A DNA stretch of 64,000 bases, taken from contig OZ251237.1 of assembly GCA_965240325.2 (NCBI GenBank), positions 310,001 through 374,000 of the forward strand, read 5' to 3'. The notes under the pieces were generated by a model. The model was given only the letters and a program-made list of their open reading frames with translations. It ran no database searches and was not told the DNA's origin. Numbering within the stretch: the stretch's first letter is position 1; every line of letters begins with the position of its first letter. The position numbers and the translations under genes are program-made. Origin of the DNA: Rebecca billardiae RCC1528 (Eukaryota; Protista; Haptophyta). Shown here one piece after another: positions 1 through 10,572 of this stretch.

Positions 1-467
1 TGGTCCAGCTGCTGGAGCGGCTGGGACGGGTCCCGCTGCGGGGGCACGTGGATGTGTGACCCGAAGTGCTCCGGGCGTCGCGACTCGCCTTCAGGTACTT
101 CGATGTGGTGGCGCCGCTTGCGGCGCACGTCCCTTGGTTCTCGGCGGCGCTCGGCGTCGTCACCGTAGCGGCCGTTGACTCGGTTGGGATCTTGCTCGAT
201 CCGCTGGGAAGGTCCGAAGCGGGAGTCGAGGTTCTCGAATGAGCGCTGCCAGTGGATCGGGGTACGCGTCCACTTGCCTTGCGACAGCTGGGGAGGTCGA
301 GAGTATTCGGTGCGGTGCGATTGGCGCTGTGCGTCCCGCATCGCCGGTACGATGTTGTTGTTGTTGGTCAAATCCTCGCGGATGTCGACCTTCGAGTTCG
401 GGTGAAACCGCGCGCGTCCGCGCGGTGTGTTCCCACGTTGTCCGCCGCGAAGCTCCCATGAGCTCAT
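1..467 (-). CDS. Open reading frame running off the left edge (MSSWELRGGQRGNTPRGRARFHPNSKVDIREDLTNNNN...), possibly retroelement Gag-like; product unknown
   Basis: Hand translation of the minus strand shows no stop from ATG 467 to position 1. Lower GC and different codon style than neighbouring genes. No recognisable domain in the visible 155 aa. Confidence 0.35.
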   Translation of the reverse strand, partial: MSSWELRGGQRGNTPRGRARFHPNSKVDIREDLTNNNNIVPAMRDAQRQSHRTEYSRPPQLSQGKWTRTPIHWQRSFENLDSRFGPSQRIEQDPNRVNGRYGDDAERRREPRDVRRKRRHHIEVPEGESRRPEHFGSHIHVPPQRDPSQPLQQLD

Positions 468-782
468 GATTGGCACTTCGTGCGCTGGCGGAGGTTCGCT
501 CTTTGGCGATGGTGGCGCAGGGGTCTGGCCCTGCTTGCTGATCAGTTCGGTTTTGTTGTGTGGCTGGTGTAGCTCCAGATCGCTGAGAAAAACTTTTGTA
601 GGGTTCTCACGAAGGACTCATCCCAGAACTTTCGTGATTAGAAAGTTTGGAGATGCTTCTCGGCTTCTGATTGCGAAGGCACGTTCTCGGAATGATCTGA
701 TAGTGCATTGCCCTGCGAAGGCTTGAGAACATCTCAGGAGGCTTTGATTCCTGGATTGTTCCGCGACGCTTGTTGGCCATTA

Positions 783-972
783 TGAAATGCACGATGAATG
801 ATGATGAATGAATTGGTGCACTGGACGTGATTAAAACCGACAGTTGAGGTCGATGATAAGGTTTTGAATTGGAATGAAGCCTCAGCATGGTGGCGCTTAG
901 AATTGCTCAGCGCCTTGAGATTGAAACCTCGAGCTGGGGAATGGCGCCAATGGCTGCCTTGGGCTTTTGACA
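783..972 (-). mobile_element. Possible 5' LTR of an LTR retroelement
   Basis: An AT-richer segment that reads TGTCA...TTTCA on the minus strand, followed 3 nt later by TGG (PBS-like) and then a leader and the ORF at 467. The second LTR, TSD and pol are not in the window. Confidence 0.25.
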
Positions 973-1132
973 TAACTCCGCGGAGCCGCCAGAGTCTGGC
1001 AGACTATCAGTGACTCATGAGTGAGGGCCAGGCCGGCCAGGGCGCCAGGCCAGCGCGGGCCTGCGCCGTTGCACCGGACTCCACGCCTCACGCCGTCACG
1101 GCGGGGCGCTCATGCTCGCTCAGCCTCAGCCC

Positions 1133-3571
1133 TCAGGCGTACCCGCGCGTCTCGACGAGCACCTCGCGCTCGCTCGCGGCGTCGAGCCGGCCGTAGTGCG
1201 AGAAGCGCATGCTGAGCGCGCCCTCGCCGTGCGTGAGGGCGCGCAGCGTCTCGACGTACCCGCCGAGCGCGGCGAGCGGCACGTGCGCGCGCACGCGGTG
1301 CTGCCGCTCGCTGATGACGTCGACGCCGAGCACGTGCGCGCGGCGCTGCGCGGTGAGCTCGCTGAGCACCGCGCCGACGTGGTGCTCGGGCGCGCGCACC
1401 TCGACCGTCGAGACGGGCTCGAGCAGCGCGGGCGCCGCGCGCTGCAGCGCCTCGCCCACCGCCGACGCGACCGCGAACCGCACCGCGAGCGGCGGCGTGT
1501 GCGGCTCCGGCCGCAGCCCGTCCAGCCGCACGCGCACGCCGAGCAGCGGCAGGCCGCACAGCGGGCCGGCGGCGGTGCCGTCGTCGAGGCCGGCGAGCGC
1601 CGCCTCGCGCTCGGCGCGCTTGAGCGCGCGCGCGAGCTCGGCGCCGAGCGTGAAGTGCTCCGCGCCCGCGCCGCCCGGCGCGGCGTGCGCGGCGTACGCG
1701 TGCGCCTCGTCGGCCGACTCGGGCTCGACGCGCAGCTCGACGCGGACGTCGTGCGGCTCGGAGCCCGCGCCGAGCGCCTGGCGCACCGTCGCGCTGTGCG
1801 CCAGCGCCTCGCGGCACGTCTCGCGGTACGCGACGCGCAGCCGGCCGACGCGCGGCTTCAGCCCAAACTCGCGCTGCAGCCGATGCGCCGCCACCTCCAG
1901 GTGGAGCTCGCCCATGCCGCACAGCAGCGTCTGCGCGTCGGCGCGGTCGTCGAGCACGGCGAGCGACGGGTCCTCGAGCGTGAGCGCGCGCAGCGCCGCG
2001 TCGAGCGCCGCCTGCTCCGACGCCGAGTCCGGCTCGATCGCGCAGAAGAAGACGGGCTCCGGCACGTGCACGCCCGGCAGCGCGGGCAGCGCGCCGCTGC
2101 GCCTCGGCCGCGCGCGGCCGCGGCCGCGGCCGCCGCCGCCGTCCGCGGCGCCGTCGGCCGCGTCGGCGGCGCGCGGCGCGGGCGGGAATCCCTTGGCGCA
2201 GCCGGCGAGCAGCGTGTCGCCCGTCGCGGTGTGCTTCAGCCCGGAGAGCGCGCCGATCTCGCCCTCGCGCAGCTCGTCCAGCGACTCGTACGCGTCGCCC
2301 GCGATCCGCATGATGCCCGCCGCGCGCTCGGCGTGGCCGTCGTGCGCCGTGTTCAGCACGGCCTCCTTGGCCTTGAGCACGCCCGAGTACACGCGCGCGA
2401 AGACGACGGCGCGGCGCTGCGAGTCGTGCACCACCTTGAACGCGAGCGCCACGCCCGTCGGCGCGAGATCCGCCGCTGGCGCGCCGCCGCCGCCGCCCCC
2501 GTCCGCCGCCGCGCCGGGCGCCTGCAGCCGCATCGGCGGCCGGTCCGCGGGCGAGGGCAGCAGCTGCGCCACGGCGTCCAGCAGCGGCTCGACGCCGACG
2601 CCGCGCGCGGCCGCGCCCGCGAGGACGGGCACGAGCGCGCCCGCGCACGTCGCGCGGCGCACCGCCGCGAGCACCTGCGCGGCGGGCAGCTCGGCGGGAT
2701 CCTCCGAGTCGAGGAACGCCTCGGCCAGAATGTCGTCCGCCTCGGAGACGCGCTCGATCAGCGCGGCGCGCGCAGCGCGCGCGCGCGCGTGCGCCTCGGT
2801 GCCGGGCTCGAGCGCGCTCGAGCGCAGCGCGCGCAGGTCGCGCCGGTTCGCGCCGCCCGGCGCCTCCTCCCAGTGCAGCGCGCGCATGTGCACCAGGTCG
2901 ATCACGTCGGCGAACGCGCCGCCGCCGCCGCCGCCGCCCTCGGCCGCGGCCGGCACGAGCTGCAGCGCGGCCGCGCGCACGCCGAGACGCTCGTGCAGCG
3001 AGTCGATCGCGCGCTGGAAGTCGGCGCCGTCGCGGTCCATCTTGTTCACGAAGGCGACGGCGGGCAGCCCCTGCGCCTCCGCCTGCCGCCACACCGCCTC
3101 AGTCTGCACCTGCACGCCCGCCACGCCGTCGAGCACGAGCACCGCGCCGTCGAGCACGCGCACGGAGCGCTCGACCTCGACCGAGAAGTCGACGTGTCCG
3201 GGCGTGTCGATCAGGTTGATCGAGTGCTCCGCCCACGGCAGCGTGATCGCGGCGGACTGGATCGTGATCCCGCGCTCGCGCTCCTCCTCGAGGAAGTCCG
3301 TGAGCGTCGTGCCCGTGTCCACGTCGCCCGCGCGCCGCGTGACGCCCGCGCACAGCAGCATGTGCTCGGTCGTCGTCGTCTTGCCCGCGTCGATGTGCGC
3401 GATGATGCCCACGTTGCGGATGCGCCGCACGGCCGCCGCCGCGTCCGTCGCGAGCGCGCGGCGCGCGAGATGCGCGAGCGGCGCGCCGCCAAGCGCGCGT
3501 CCCATCGCCATCGCCGAGTCCGCCGCGAGATGTGTGAGCGGCGCGCCGCCAAGCGCGCGTCCCATCGCCAT
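1133..3571 (-). CDS. GFM2: Mitochondrial elongation factor G2 / ribosome-releasing factor 2
   Basis: RNVGIIAHIDAGKTTTTE, ERERGITIQSAA, NLIDTPGHVDF, NKMD, GMGELHLEV, VAYRET and LLEP motifs. The divergent EF-G signature and Arg/Ala-rich presequence fit EF-G2mt. Start is ATG 3571 or its duplicated copy at 3511. Confidence 0.85.
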   Translation of the reverse strand: MAMGRALGGAPLTHLAADSAMAMGRALGGAPLAHLARRALATDAAAAVRRIRNVGIIAHIDAGKTTTTEHMLLCAGVTRRAGDVDTGTTLTDFLEEERERGITIQSAAITLPWAEHSINLIDTPGHVDFSVEVERSVRVLDGAVLVLDGVAGVQVQTEAVWRQAEAQGLPAVAFVNKMDRDGADFQRAIDSLHERLGVRAAALQLVPAAAEGGGGGGGAFADVIDLVHMRALHWEEAPGGANRRDLRALRSSALEPGTEAHARARAARAALIERVSEADDILAEAFLDSEDPAELPAAQVLAAVRRATCAGALVPVLAGAAARGVGVEPLLDAVAQLLPSPADRPPMRLQAPGAAADGGGGGGAPAADLAPTGVALAFKVVHDSQRRAVVFARVYSGVLKAKEAVLNTAHDGHAERAAGIMRIAGDAYESLDELREGEIGALSGLKHTATGDTLLAGCAKGFPPAPRAADAADGAADGGGGRGRGRARPRRSGALPALPGVHVPEPVFFCAIEPDSASEQAALDAALRALTLEDPSLAVLDDRADAQTLLCGMGELHLEVAAHRLQREFGLKPRVGRLRVAYRETCREALAHSATVRQALGAGSEPHDVRVELRVEPESADEAHAYAAHAAPGGAGAEHFTLGAELARALKRAEREAALAGLDDGTAAGPLCGLPLLGVRVRLDGLRPEPHTPPLAVRFAVASAVGEALQRAAPALLEPVSTVEVRAPEHHVGAVLSELTAQRRAHVLGVDVISERQHRVRAHVPLAALGGYVETLRALTHGEGALSMRFSHYGRLDAASEREVLVETRGYA

Positions 3572-3578
3572 CGCCGAG
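3461..3578 (-). repeat. 60-bp tandem duplication of the EF-G2 start and presequence (SAMAMGRALGGAPL x2)
   Basis: Lines 3481 and 3541 are nearly identical. Confidence 0.9.
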
Positions 3579-3758
3579 GCGCCGACCGCCGATGAGCGCG
3601 ATAGGCCGGTGCCGGCTGTGCCCCCCGCCCGGGCGGCCGGCGATGGCGGCTGAGCATTCCGGATGTCCAGTCGACCCGCCATCCGGACTACAGAGTCCCC
3701 GTCGACGACTGGCACCGCCATCGCATCCGGGACCCCGACGCGGCGGACGTGAACGAAG

Positions 3759-4715
3759 ATGGGCGGAGACAACAAGTTCGCGAAGCAGAGCACGCAGCTC
3801 GACGACGTCCTGCGCCGGAGGTTCTTCTTCCGCCAGGCCTTTGAGATCTACGGCGGTGCGCGCCCGCGCTGGTCACGCCCGGCGCGTGCGCCCGCGGCGC
3901 GCGGCGTGCCGTGGCTGAGCACTCGCGCGCGTGGCTGCGCGGTGCGATGCGCGCAGGTACCGCCGGCTTCTACACGTACGGTGCGCGCTCAGCCTGCGCC
4001 AAACGCGCGCGCGCTCGCCGCGCCCGCCGGCGCGCGCCTCTCCTCGGCTCACGCCCGCAGCGCGCGCGCTGCTGCGGTGCGCGCAGGCCCGCCGGGCAGC
4101 GCTGTGAAGAACAACCTGATCTCACTGTGGCGCAAGCACTTTGTGATCGAGGAGGGGCTGATGGAGATCGAGGACACCAACATCATGCCGCACCCGGTGC
4201 TCAAGGCGAGCGGCCACGTCGACCGCTTCTCCGACTACATGGGTGCGCGCGCATGCGGCGCGGCGCGCGAGCGCCCGCGGCAGGCGCGCCCGAGAGAGTG
4301 GCCTCGCCGCCGCCGCCGCCGCCGACCGGCTACCCGGCTGCTGCGCGCCCGTGCGCGCCCGCAGTGAAGGACGTGGAGAACCCCACCCTCGTGTACCGCG
4401 CGGACAAGCTGCTCGAGGAGCAGATGGAGCGGCTGCTCGGCGGCAAGGACGTGACGGCCGAGCAGAAGGCCGAATACGAGACCGTGCTCAACATGGCGGA
4501 CGCGTACTCGCGCGAGGACCTGCACGCGAAGCTGCAGCAGTACGACGTGCGCTCGCCCGACACGAAGAACAAGCTGACCGAGCCGCAGGAGATGAACCTC
4601 ATGTTCCCCACGCCCATCGGCCCGACCGGCATGGTGCAAGGCTACCTCCGGCCCGAGACCGCGCAGGGCATCTTCCTGAACTTTCCGTTCTGCTACGAGC
4701 AGAACGGAGGGCAGA

Positions 4716-4746
<31 letters not shown>

Positions 4747-6378
4747 GTTCCGCAACGAGATCGCGCCGCGGCAGGGGCTGCTGCGGCAGCGCGAGTTCAC
4801 GCAGGCCGAGATCGAGTTCTTCTGCAAGCCGGGCGACAAGCCGCACCCCAAGTTCAAGGCGGTGGCCGAGCTCGAGCTCTCGCTCTTCAGCTCGCCGCTG
4901 CAGCTCGGCGCAAAGCCGGCGGTGAAGCGCAAGCTCGGCGAGGCGGTGGCGGAGGGGCTGATCGCGAACGAGACGCTCGGGTACTTCATCGGCCGCACGT
5001 TCAAGCTCGCCGAGCGCGCGGGCATCCTGCCCGAGCACATCCGCTTCCGCCAGCACCTGCCCACCGAGATGGTGCGCGCGGCCGCGCCGTGCCTCTGCCG
5101 CGCCGCCTTGGGCGAGCGCGCCGCGCGCCGCCACGCGGCCGCAGTCGGGGCGCGTCAGCGCGGCCTCACACCGCGCGCGCGCGCGCGCGCCCGTGCGCGC
5201 GCGCAGGCGCACTACGCGTGCGACTGCTGGGACATGGAGGTCGAGATGTCCTACGGCTGGATCGAGTGCGTCGGCATCGCTGACCGCTCCGCGTTCGACC
5301 TGACGTGCCACTCCAAGGCGACCGGCCGCGAGCTGAGCGCCAAGGAGCGGCTGGCCGAGCCGATCGAGGAGGAGTACTTTGCGCTCTCGAAGAAGTCGTC
5401 CGCGCTGATCGGCAAGGACTTCAAGAAGGACGCGAAGGCGGTGCAGAAGCACCTCGACGCGCTCTCGCCCGCCGAGCTCGCCGCGCTCGCCGACAAGGCC
5501 AAGTCGGCCGGCTCGGCCGAGGTGAGCGTCGACGGCGCCACGTTCACGCTCAGCGCCGCGCACCTCGACGGCAAGCTGGACACGCGCAAGGTGCACGAGC
5601 AGACGTACACGCCCAACGTGGTCGAGCCGTCGTTCGGCATCGACCGGCTGATCACCGCCATCTACGAGCACGCCTTCTACACGCGGTGCGTGCGTGCGCG
5701 CACGCTCGCGCGCCGGCTCGCGGGCGGCGCGTACGGCCCGCGAGCGGCTGACGGGCGCCCTCCCGCGCCGCGCCGCGCCGCGCCGCGCGCAGGGAGGGCG
5801 GCGACGAGGCCAAGTCGGTGCTGCGCCTCTCGGCGGAGGTGGCGCCGTACAAGGCGCTGATCGTGCCGCTCGACGCGCGCGTCACCGCCGCGTACGGCCC
5901 GGTGCTCACGCGGCTGCGCGACGCCTTCGCCGCGCTCGGCGTGCCGTACAAGGTCGATGAGACGGGCGCGTCGGTCGGCAAGCGGTACGCGCGCAACGAC
6001 GAGCTGGGCATCCCGTTCGGGATCACGGTCGACTTTGACACGCTCGACGAGAAGGTGCCCGCGCTGCTCGACACGGTGACGCTGCGCGAGCGCGACTCGA
6101 TGGCGCAGCTGCGCGTGCCGCTCGGCGACGTGTGCGACGCGATCCACAAGCTGTGCGTGGGCGGCGAGACGTGGGAGTCGATGTGCGCGCGCTACCCGAC
6201 GCAGGAGCAGGCCAAGGCGGGCGCGGCTGAAGCGGGCAGCGTCGACCCGGTCACCTACCTGCGCGGCCACCAGGTGGAGAAGCTGCTCAACGCCGCCGTG
6301 AACGACGCGGTCGAGCAGCGGCCAGCCGACCCGATCAAGTTCATCGCCGAGCGGCTGGCCGCGCTGCCGCCGCAGTAG
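3759..6378 (+). CDS. GARS: Glycyl-tRNA synthetase, eukaryotic alpha2 type; exons 3759-3855, 3957-3980, 4087-4242, 4365-5071, 5207-5685, 5793-6378
   Basis: Spliced product restores FEIYGG-TAGFYTYGPPG, SGHVDRFSDYMVKD, YLRPETAQGIF, GKAFRNEIAPRQGLLR, EMAHYACDCWD, VVEPSFGIDR and SVGKRYARNDELGIPFGITVD. Confidence 0.95.
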
Positions 6379-7030
6379 AGCACTCCTCCGACTCCGACTG
6401 TCAGTCCGGTGACCCGCGGGCCGCACGCAGCGTGAGCGTCACCCGTCCGCGCCATCGTGCCGCAGCAGCACACCTCGGCAGCCGGCGCTGATAATAATTG
6501 ATGTAGTGATCGTATCGAATAATCTATATAACGTGAGTGATATGATGAGCAGACTACGTTAAGTCGTAGAACAGAGAACTTTAAGCTAAAGTATCATATA
6601 TATCGGCGGTATAAGTAGTATATTTAACGACGTGGCAGCATCGGACAAGCGTCAGGCTCAGAGTGCAACAGACACATATAGAATGCGTCCGCGCCTTCCG
6701 TCCAGGTCAGACAGTGCGCCACCCGCAGCCCTGCCCCCCTACGGGAGCGGGGCCGGAATGGAGGCACCGCCTCGGCCTGGCCGCTGGGGCACGCGGCGGC
6801 GACGGCAGATGCCGCCGCGGCCGAGCGCCTTCCGGAGCACTTGGATTCTTATATGATGATAATGCCTGATCAGTCCTGACGCCGATGACTCACGATACAT
6901 GTATGCATATGCATGCGCGTTTGAATCAGTGATGTCACAGCCCGGCACACTAAGATGATCCGGTCTCGGGCCGGGCGGTCCGTCGCGCCAGGTGCCGCAC
7001 CCGCGAGGCTGGCCCACAGCAGGCTCACAT

Positions 7031-7510
7031 TTACAGCTTCTCGTCGTCGACCTGATCCATGAGCGCCTCGATCTCGGACTCGTCGAGCTCCTCCAGGCGC
7101 TTCTCGAGCACGGCGGTCTCGTAGTCCTTGAGCTGCTGCGCGTAGGTCGTGTCCTTCGTGGCGACGCGGAAGACGTACGAGCCCGTCCACGCGATCGTGC
7201 CCAGCCCGACAAAGGCGACGAGCACGATCTGTCCAGCACGCACGACGTCCACACCCGCGGCGATCATCCCGTTGTACACGACGAAGGGGGTGAGCGTGCC
7301 AAGCACCGACAAGCCGATCACGCCGCCGTTAGTGTCGGGTCGCAGGAAGTTAGGCAGCCCCTCCCACTTGCTCTTCTCCACGTTCATCACGACGCGTGAT
7401 TGCAGCCTCGACGCCGGGCTGCGAAGGGTCACGTGCGCACGCGGCTGCACCAACCCATGCGTGCTGACGGCGAGACTCGCGAGGAGCAGCAGCGCGAGAC
7501 GCGCCATCAT
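7031..7510 (-). CDS. DUF3007-family thylakoid membrane protein with bipartite plastid-targeting leader
   Basis: C-terminal WTGSYVFRVATKDTTYAQQLKDYETAVLEKRLEEL matches the cyanobacterial/plant DUF3007 pattern. Two hydrophobic helices. N-terminal signal peptide MMARLALLLLASLAVSTHG plus a Ser/Arg-rich transit-like segment. Confidence 0.8.
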   Translation of the reverse strand: MMARLALLLLASLAVSTHGLVQPRAHVTLRSPASRLQSRVVMNVEKSKWEGLPNFLRPDTNGGVIGLSVLGTLTPFVVYNGMIAAGVDVVRAGQIVLVAFVGLGTIAWTGSYVFRVATKDTTYAQQLKDYETAVLEKRLEELDESEIEALMDQVDDEKL

Positions 7511-7839
7511 GATCGCTGAGCCGACCGCGAAAGCGCGACACGCTGTCATCATCGTCTTCGTAGACTTTTTTTATTCGTCGGCCCTTTTTATTCGCCCTGG
7601 ATGATGTTTTTAATTGTTTTTTGGGATAAGATGATGACGACGAGTTTTCATCAGGCTTCATCAGCTTCTCGTGACACCGTGACACGAGCCGCCCCCATAG
7701 CTACTCACTATATGCAGGCGTCGTCAGTGGCCAGTAACGTCAGTCTAGCCTGTGGTCGTTATTATTGCATCATCAACATACACTGAATGAGTCACTGATT
7801 CGTTGCATCAATGATGTTATAATGATGCATGCTGCGCGT

Positions 7840-10514
7840 CTATTCTCGTGCCGGGCTCCGACTGGCCACGGACGCGATCTTCTCGTCGATCGCCGCGATC
7901 TGCCGGCCGAGCACCTGGTTGTACGTCGGGCGGCGCACGCTCGCCGTGTGCACGTCCTTGATCTCATGCTGCTTGGCGAGCTGCTCCTCGCGCTCGCGCA
8001 GCTGCGCGCGCACCTTGTGCTGCGTCTCGCGGCTCGCCGACGCCGAGACGCTCTGCAGCGAGAGCTCGAGCGCGTCGCACTTGCGCTTGAGCAGCGCCTC
8101 CGACTGCGACGCCAGCTTGAGCTTCTCCTCCAGCTTGTTCAGCTCGGCAAAGCTGCAGGTGTGCCGCGGGCGCGCGCGGGGGCGGCCGCGTGCATGCGCG
8201 TGCGGGCTCGCACTGTTCAGCTCGGCAAACCGCGCGCGGGCGGCCGAGTGCGTGCGCGGCGCGCGCTCGCGTGTGTGCGCCAGCGCGGGGCGGCGCCGCT
8301 CGCTCCGCCGCGGTGCGCGCGAGGGCGCGCGCACCGCTTGAGGCTCTGCAGCCGCCATGTCTCCTTCTCCTGCGCGAGCAGGCTCTCCAGCTGCGCCGCG
8401 CGGCCGAGCGCCGCGTCGCACTCCGACTCGCGCCGCGCGGCCGCCTCCGTGGCCGCGCGCGCGGACTGCGTGAGCGTGCGCACCTCCGCCTCCAGGCTGA
8501 GGGCGCCCACCCGCACGGGCGGCGCGCGAGCGTACGGGCGGCGCGCGGCGGCACCGCGGCGCGGCGCGTGCGCACGGGCGCGGCGCGGCGGGCGCGGCGG
8601 TGGTGGTGCGCGGAGGGAGGGAGGCAGGGCGTCAGCTCAGGCGCACACGCGCGCCAGCGAGCCAGAGCCACCCAGCCAGTCGGGCGGGCGCGATGGCCGG
8701 GCGCGCATCACGCAGCACGGGGGCAGGCGGGGCGGTGCGCTGCCGGGCGCGCGGGGCGCGGAGGGGACCGGGGCGCGCGCGTGTGCAGGTGCGCGTGTGC
8801 AGGTGCGCGTGTGCAGGTGCGCGTGTGCAGGTGCGCGTGTGCAGGTGCGCGTGTGCAGGTGCGCGTGTGCAGGTGCGCGTGTGCAGGTGCGCGTGTGCAG
8901 GTGCGCGTGTGCAGGTGCGCGCGTGCGCGCGTGCGCGCGTGCGCCGTACGCGACGATTCGACGCTCCCGCGCGGCCACGGCCTCGGACGCCCTCCGCGCC
9001 GCCGCCTCGGCGCTCGCCACGTCCTTGCGCTCGAGCTGCGCGCGCAGCGCCTCCGCGCCGGCGTGCGCGCTTCGGGCGTCCGCCTGCGCCTGCGCCAGCT
9101 CCGCACCGCGCGCCTGCAGCGCCGCCCGCGCGTCCTGCAGCTCAGCGGCGGTGGCCGCGGCGGCGGCGCTCGCGAGCTCGGCGGCGCGCTCGCGCGCAAC
9201 CGCGGCCTCGGCCGCCTCCGCGCTCGCGCGTGCCTCCGCCGCCTCCGCGCTGCGCAGCTGCGCGCGCAGCGCCTCCGCCTCGGCGCGCGCGTCGGCCGCG
9301 GCACTCTCAGCGAAGCCGCGCGCGCTCGCGGCCGCCTCCGCGCGCGCAGCGTCCGCCGCGGCGGCCTCGGACGCGCGCGTCGCCGCGGCGCGGCCGCCCT
9401 CCGCCTCGGCGCGCAGCGCGCTCAGCTCGGCCGCGTGCGCCTGCCTCGCGCCGTCGAGCTCTGCCGCCAGCCGCGCGCGCGCCGCATCCGCCGCGGCGTG
9501 CGCCGAGCGCATGCGGTCGCGCTCCGCCTCCGCGGAAGCTGCGTCGGCGCGCGCGCGCTCGAGCGCGCTCGCTGCGTGCGCGCGCGCCGCCTCTGCGTCG
9601 CGCTGCCGCGCGTCGCGCTCGGCCGCCAGCTGCGCGCGCAGCTCGTCCGCGCCGCTCAGCGACGCGCGGCGCTCGCCCTCCAGCGCGGCGCGCGCCGACT
9701 CGGCCGCGCCCGCCTCCGCCGCGGCAGCCGCCGCGCCCGCCTCCGCCGCGCGCGCGCGCGCCTCCGCCGCCTCTCGCGCGCTCGCCGCCTCGCGCTCGGC
9801 GGCGCGCGCGTGGCGCGCCTCGTCGCGCGCCGCGCCGAGCGCCGCGTCGCGCTCGGCCAGTAGTCGCTCGCGCTCGGCCAGCTCCGCCTCGAGCCCCGCG
9901 CGCGCCGTCTCGACGGCGCGCTGTTGCGCGTCTGCGAGCGCACGCGCGTCCGCGCCCGCGCCCGCCCTGGCCGCGACCGCGCGGCTGCGCTCGTCGGCGA
10001 GCTGCTGCTCGAGCTTCGCGTGCGCGGTCTGCGCGGCGCCGAGCGCGCGCTCCGCGTCCATCGCGCGCTTGCTCAGCCGCGCCACCTCCGCGCTCTTCTC
10101 GTCAAGCCGGTGCCGCAGCCGCTCGTCGTGCGCCGGCCCTTTGGCCAGCTCCGCGGCGTGCGCGCCGTCCTTGGCGCGCAGCTGGTGCAGCAGGTGCTCC
10201 ACGCGCGCCGAGAGCTCGCGCTTGTCGAGCAGCAGGCCCTCGACCCGCTCCTGCAGCCGGCGGACGGTGTCGTGGCTCTGCGCCACGACGGTCTCGTGGC
10301 TCTGCGCCGCCGAGCCAACGTCTTTGCTCGCGCTCGCCGCGCACCGAGCCGGCTCATGCTCGGTGCGCGGCGAGCGCGAGGCGCCGAGGCCGGTCACCGG
10401 CGGGAGTTTGTTCGTGACCGCTGGCAGGTGTAGCGCGGGCTCGGACGGTCGCCTGCCGATGCGCGCGGCTCGGTCGTTGGCGGACCAAGACGCGCTGGCT
10501 CTCCTTAGCTCCAT
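7840..10514 (-). CDS. Long Ala/Glu/Arg-rich coiled-coil protein; exons 10514-8950, 8496-8335, 8152-7840
   Basis: Continuous heptad-rich frame. GTACG/CAG and GTGCG/CAG junctions restore the frame (RRIVA-LEAEVR; SLKR-FAELNKLEEKL). Confidence 0.7.
8781..8920. repeat. Minisatellite (GTGTGCAGGTGCGC)x10 inside an intron
   Basis: Perfect 14-bp period read directly. Confidence 0.95.
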
Positions 10515-10572
10515 CCTGGAAAGTATTGTAGTGGCTCTCTAACGAAAGCGACGAAACCTGCTATGATCAGCC

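Noticed and set aside
8781-8920. CRISPR-like array
   Set aside because: Contiguous 14-bp tandem repeat with no spacers, in a eukaryotic intron, with no cas genes.
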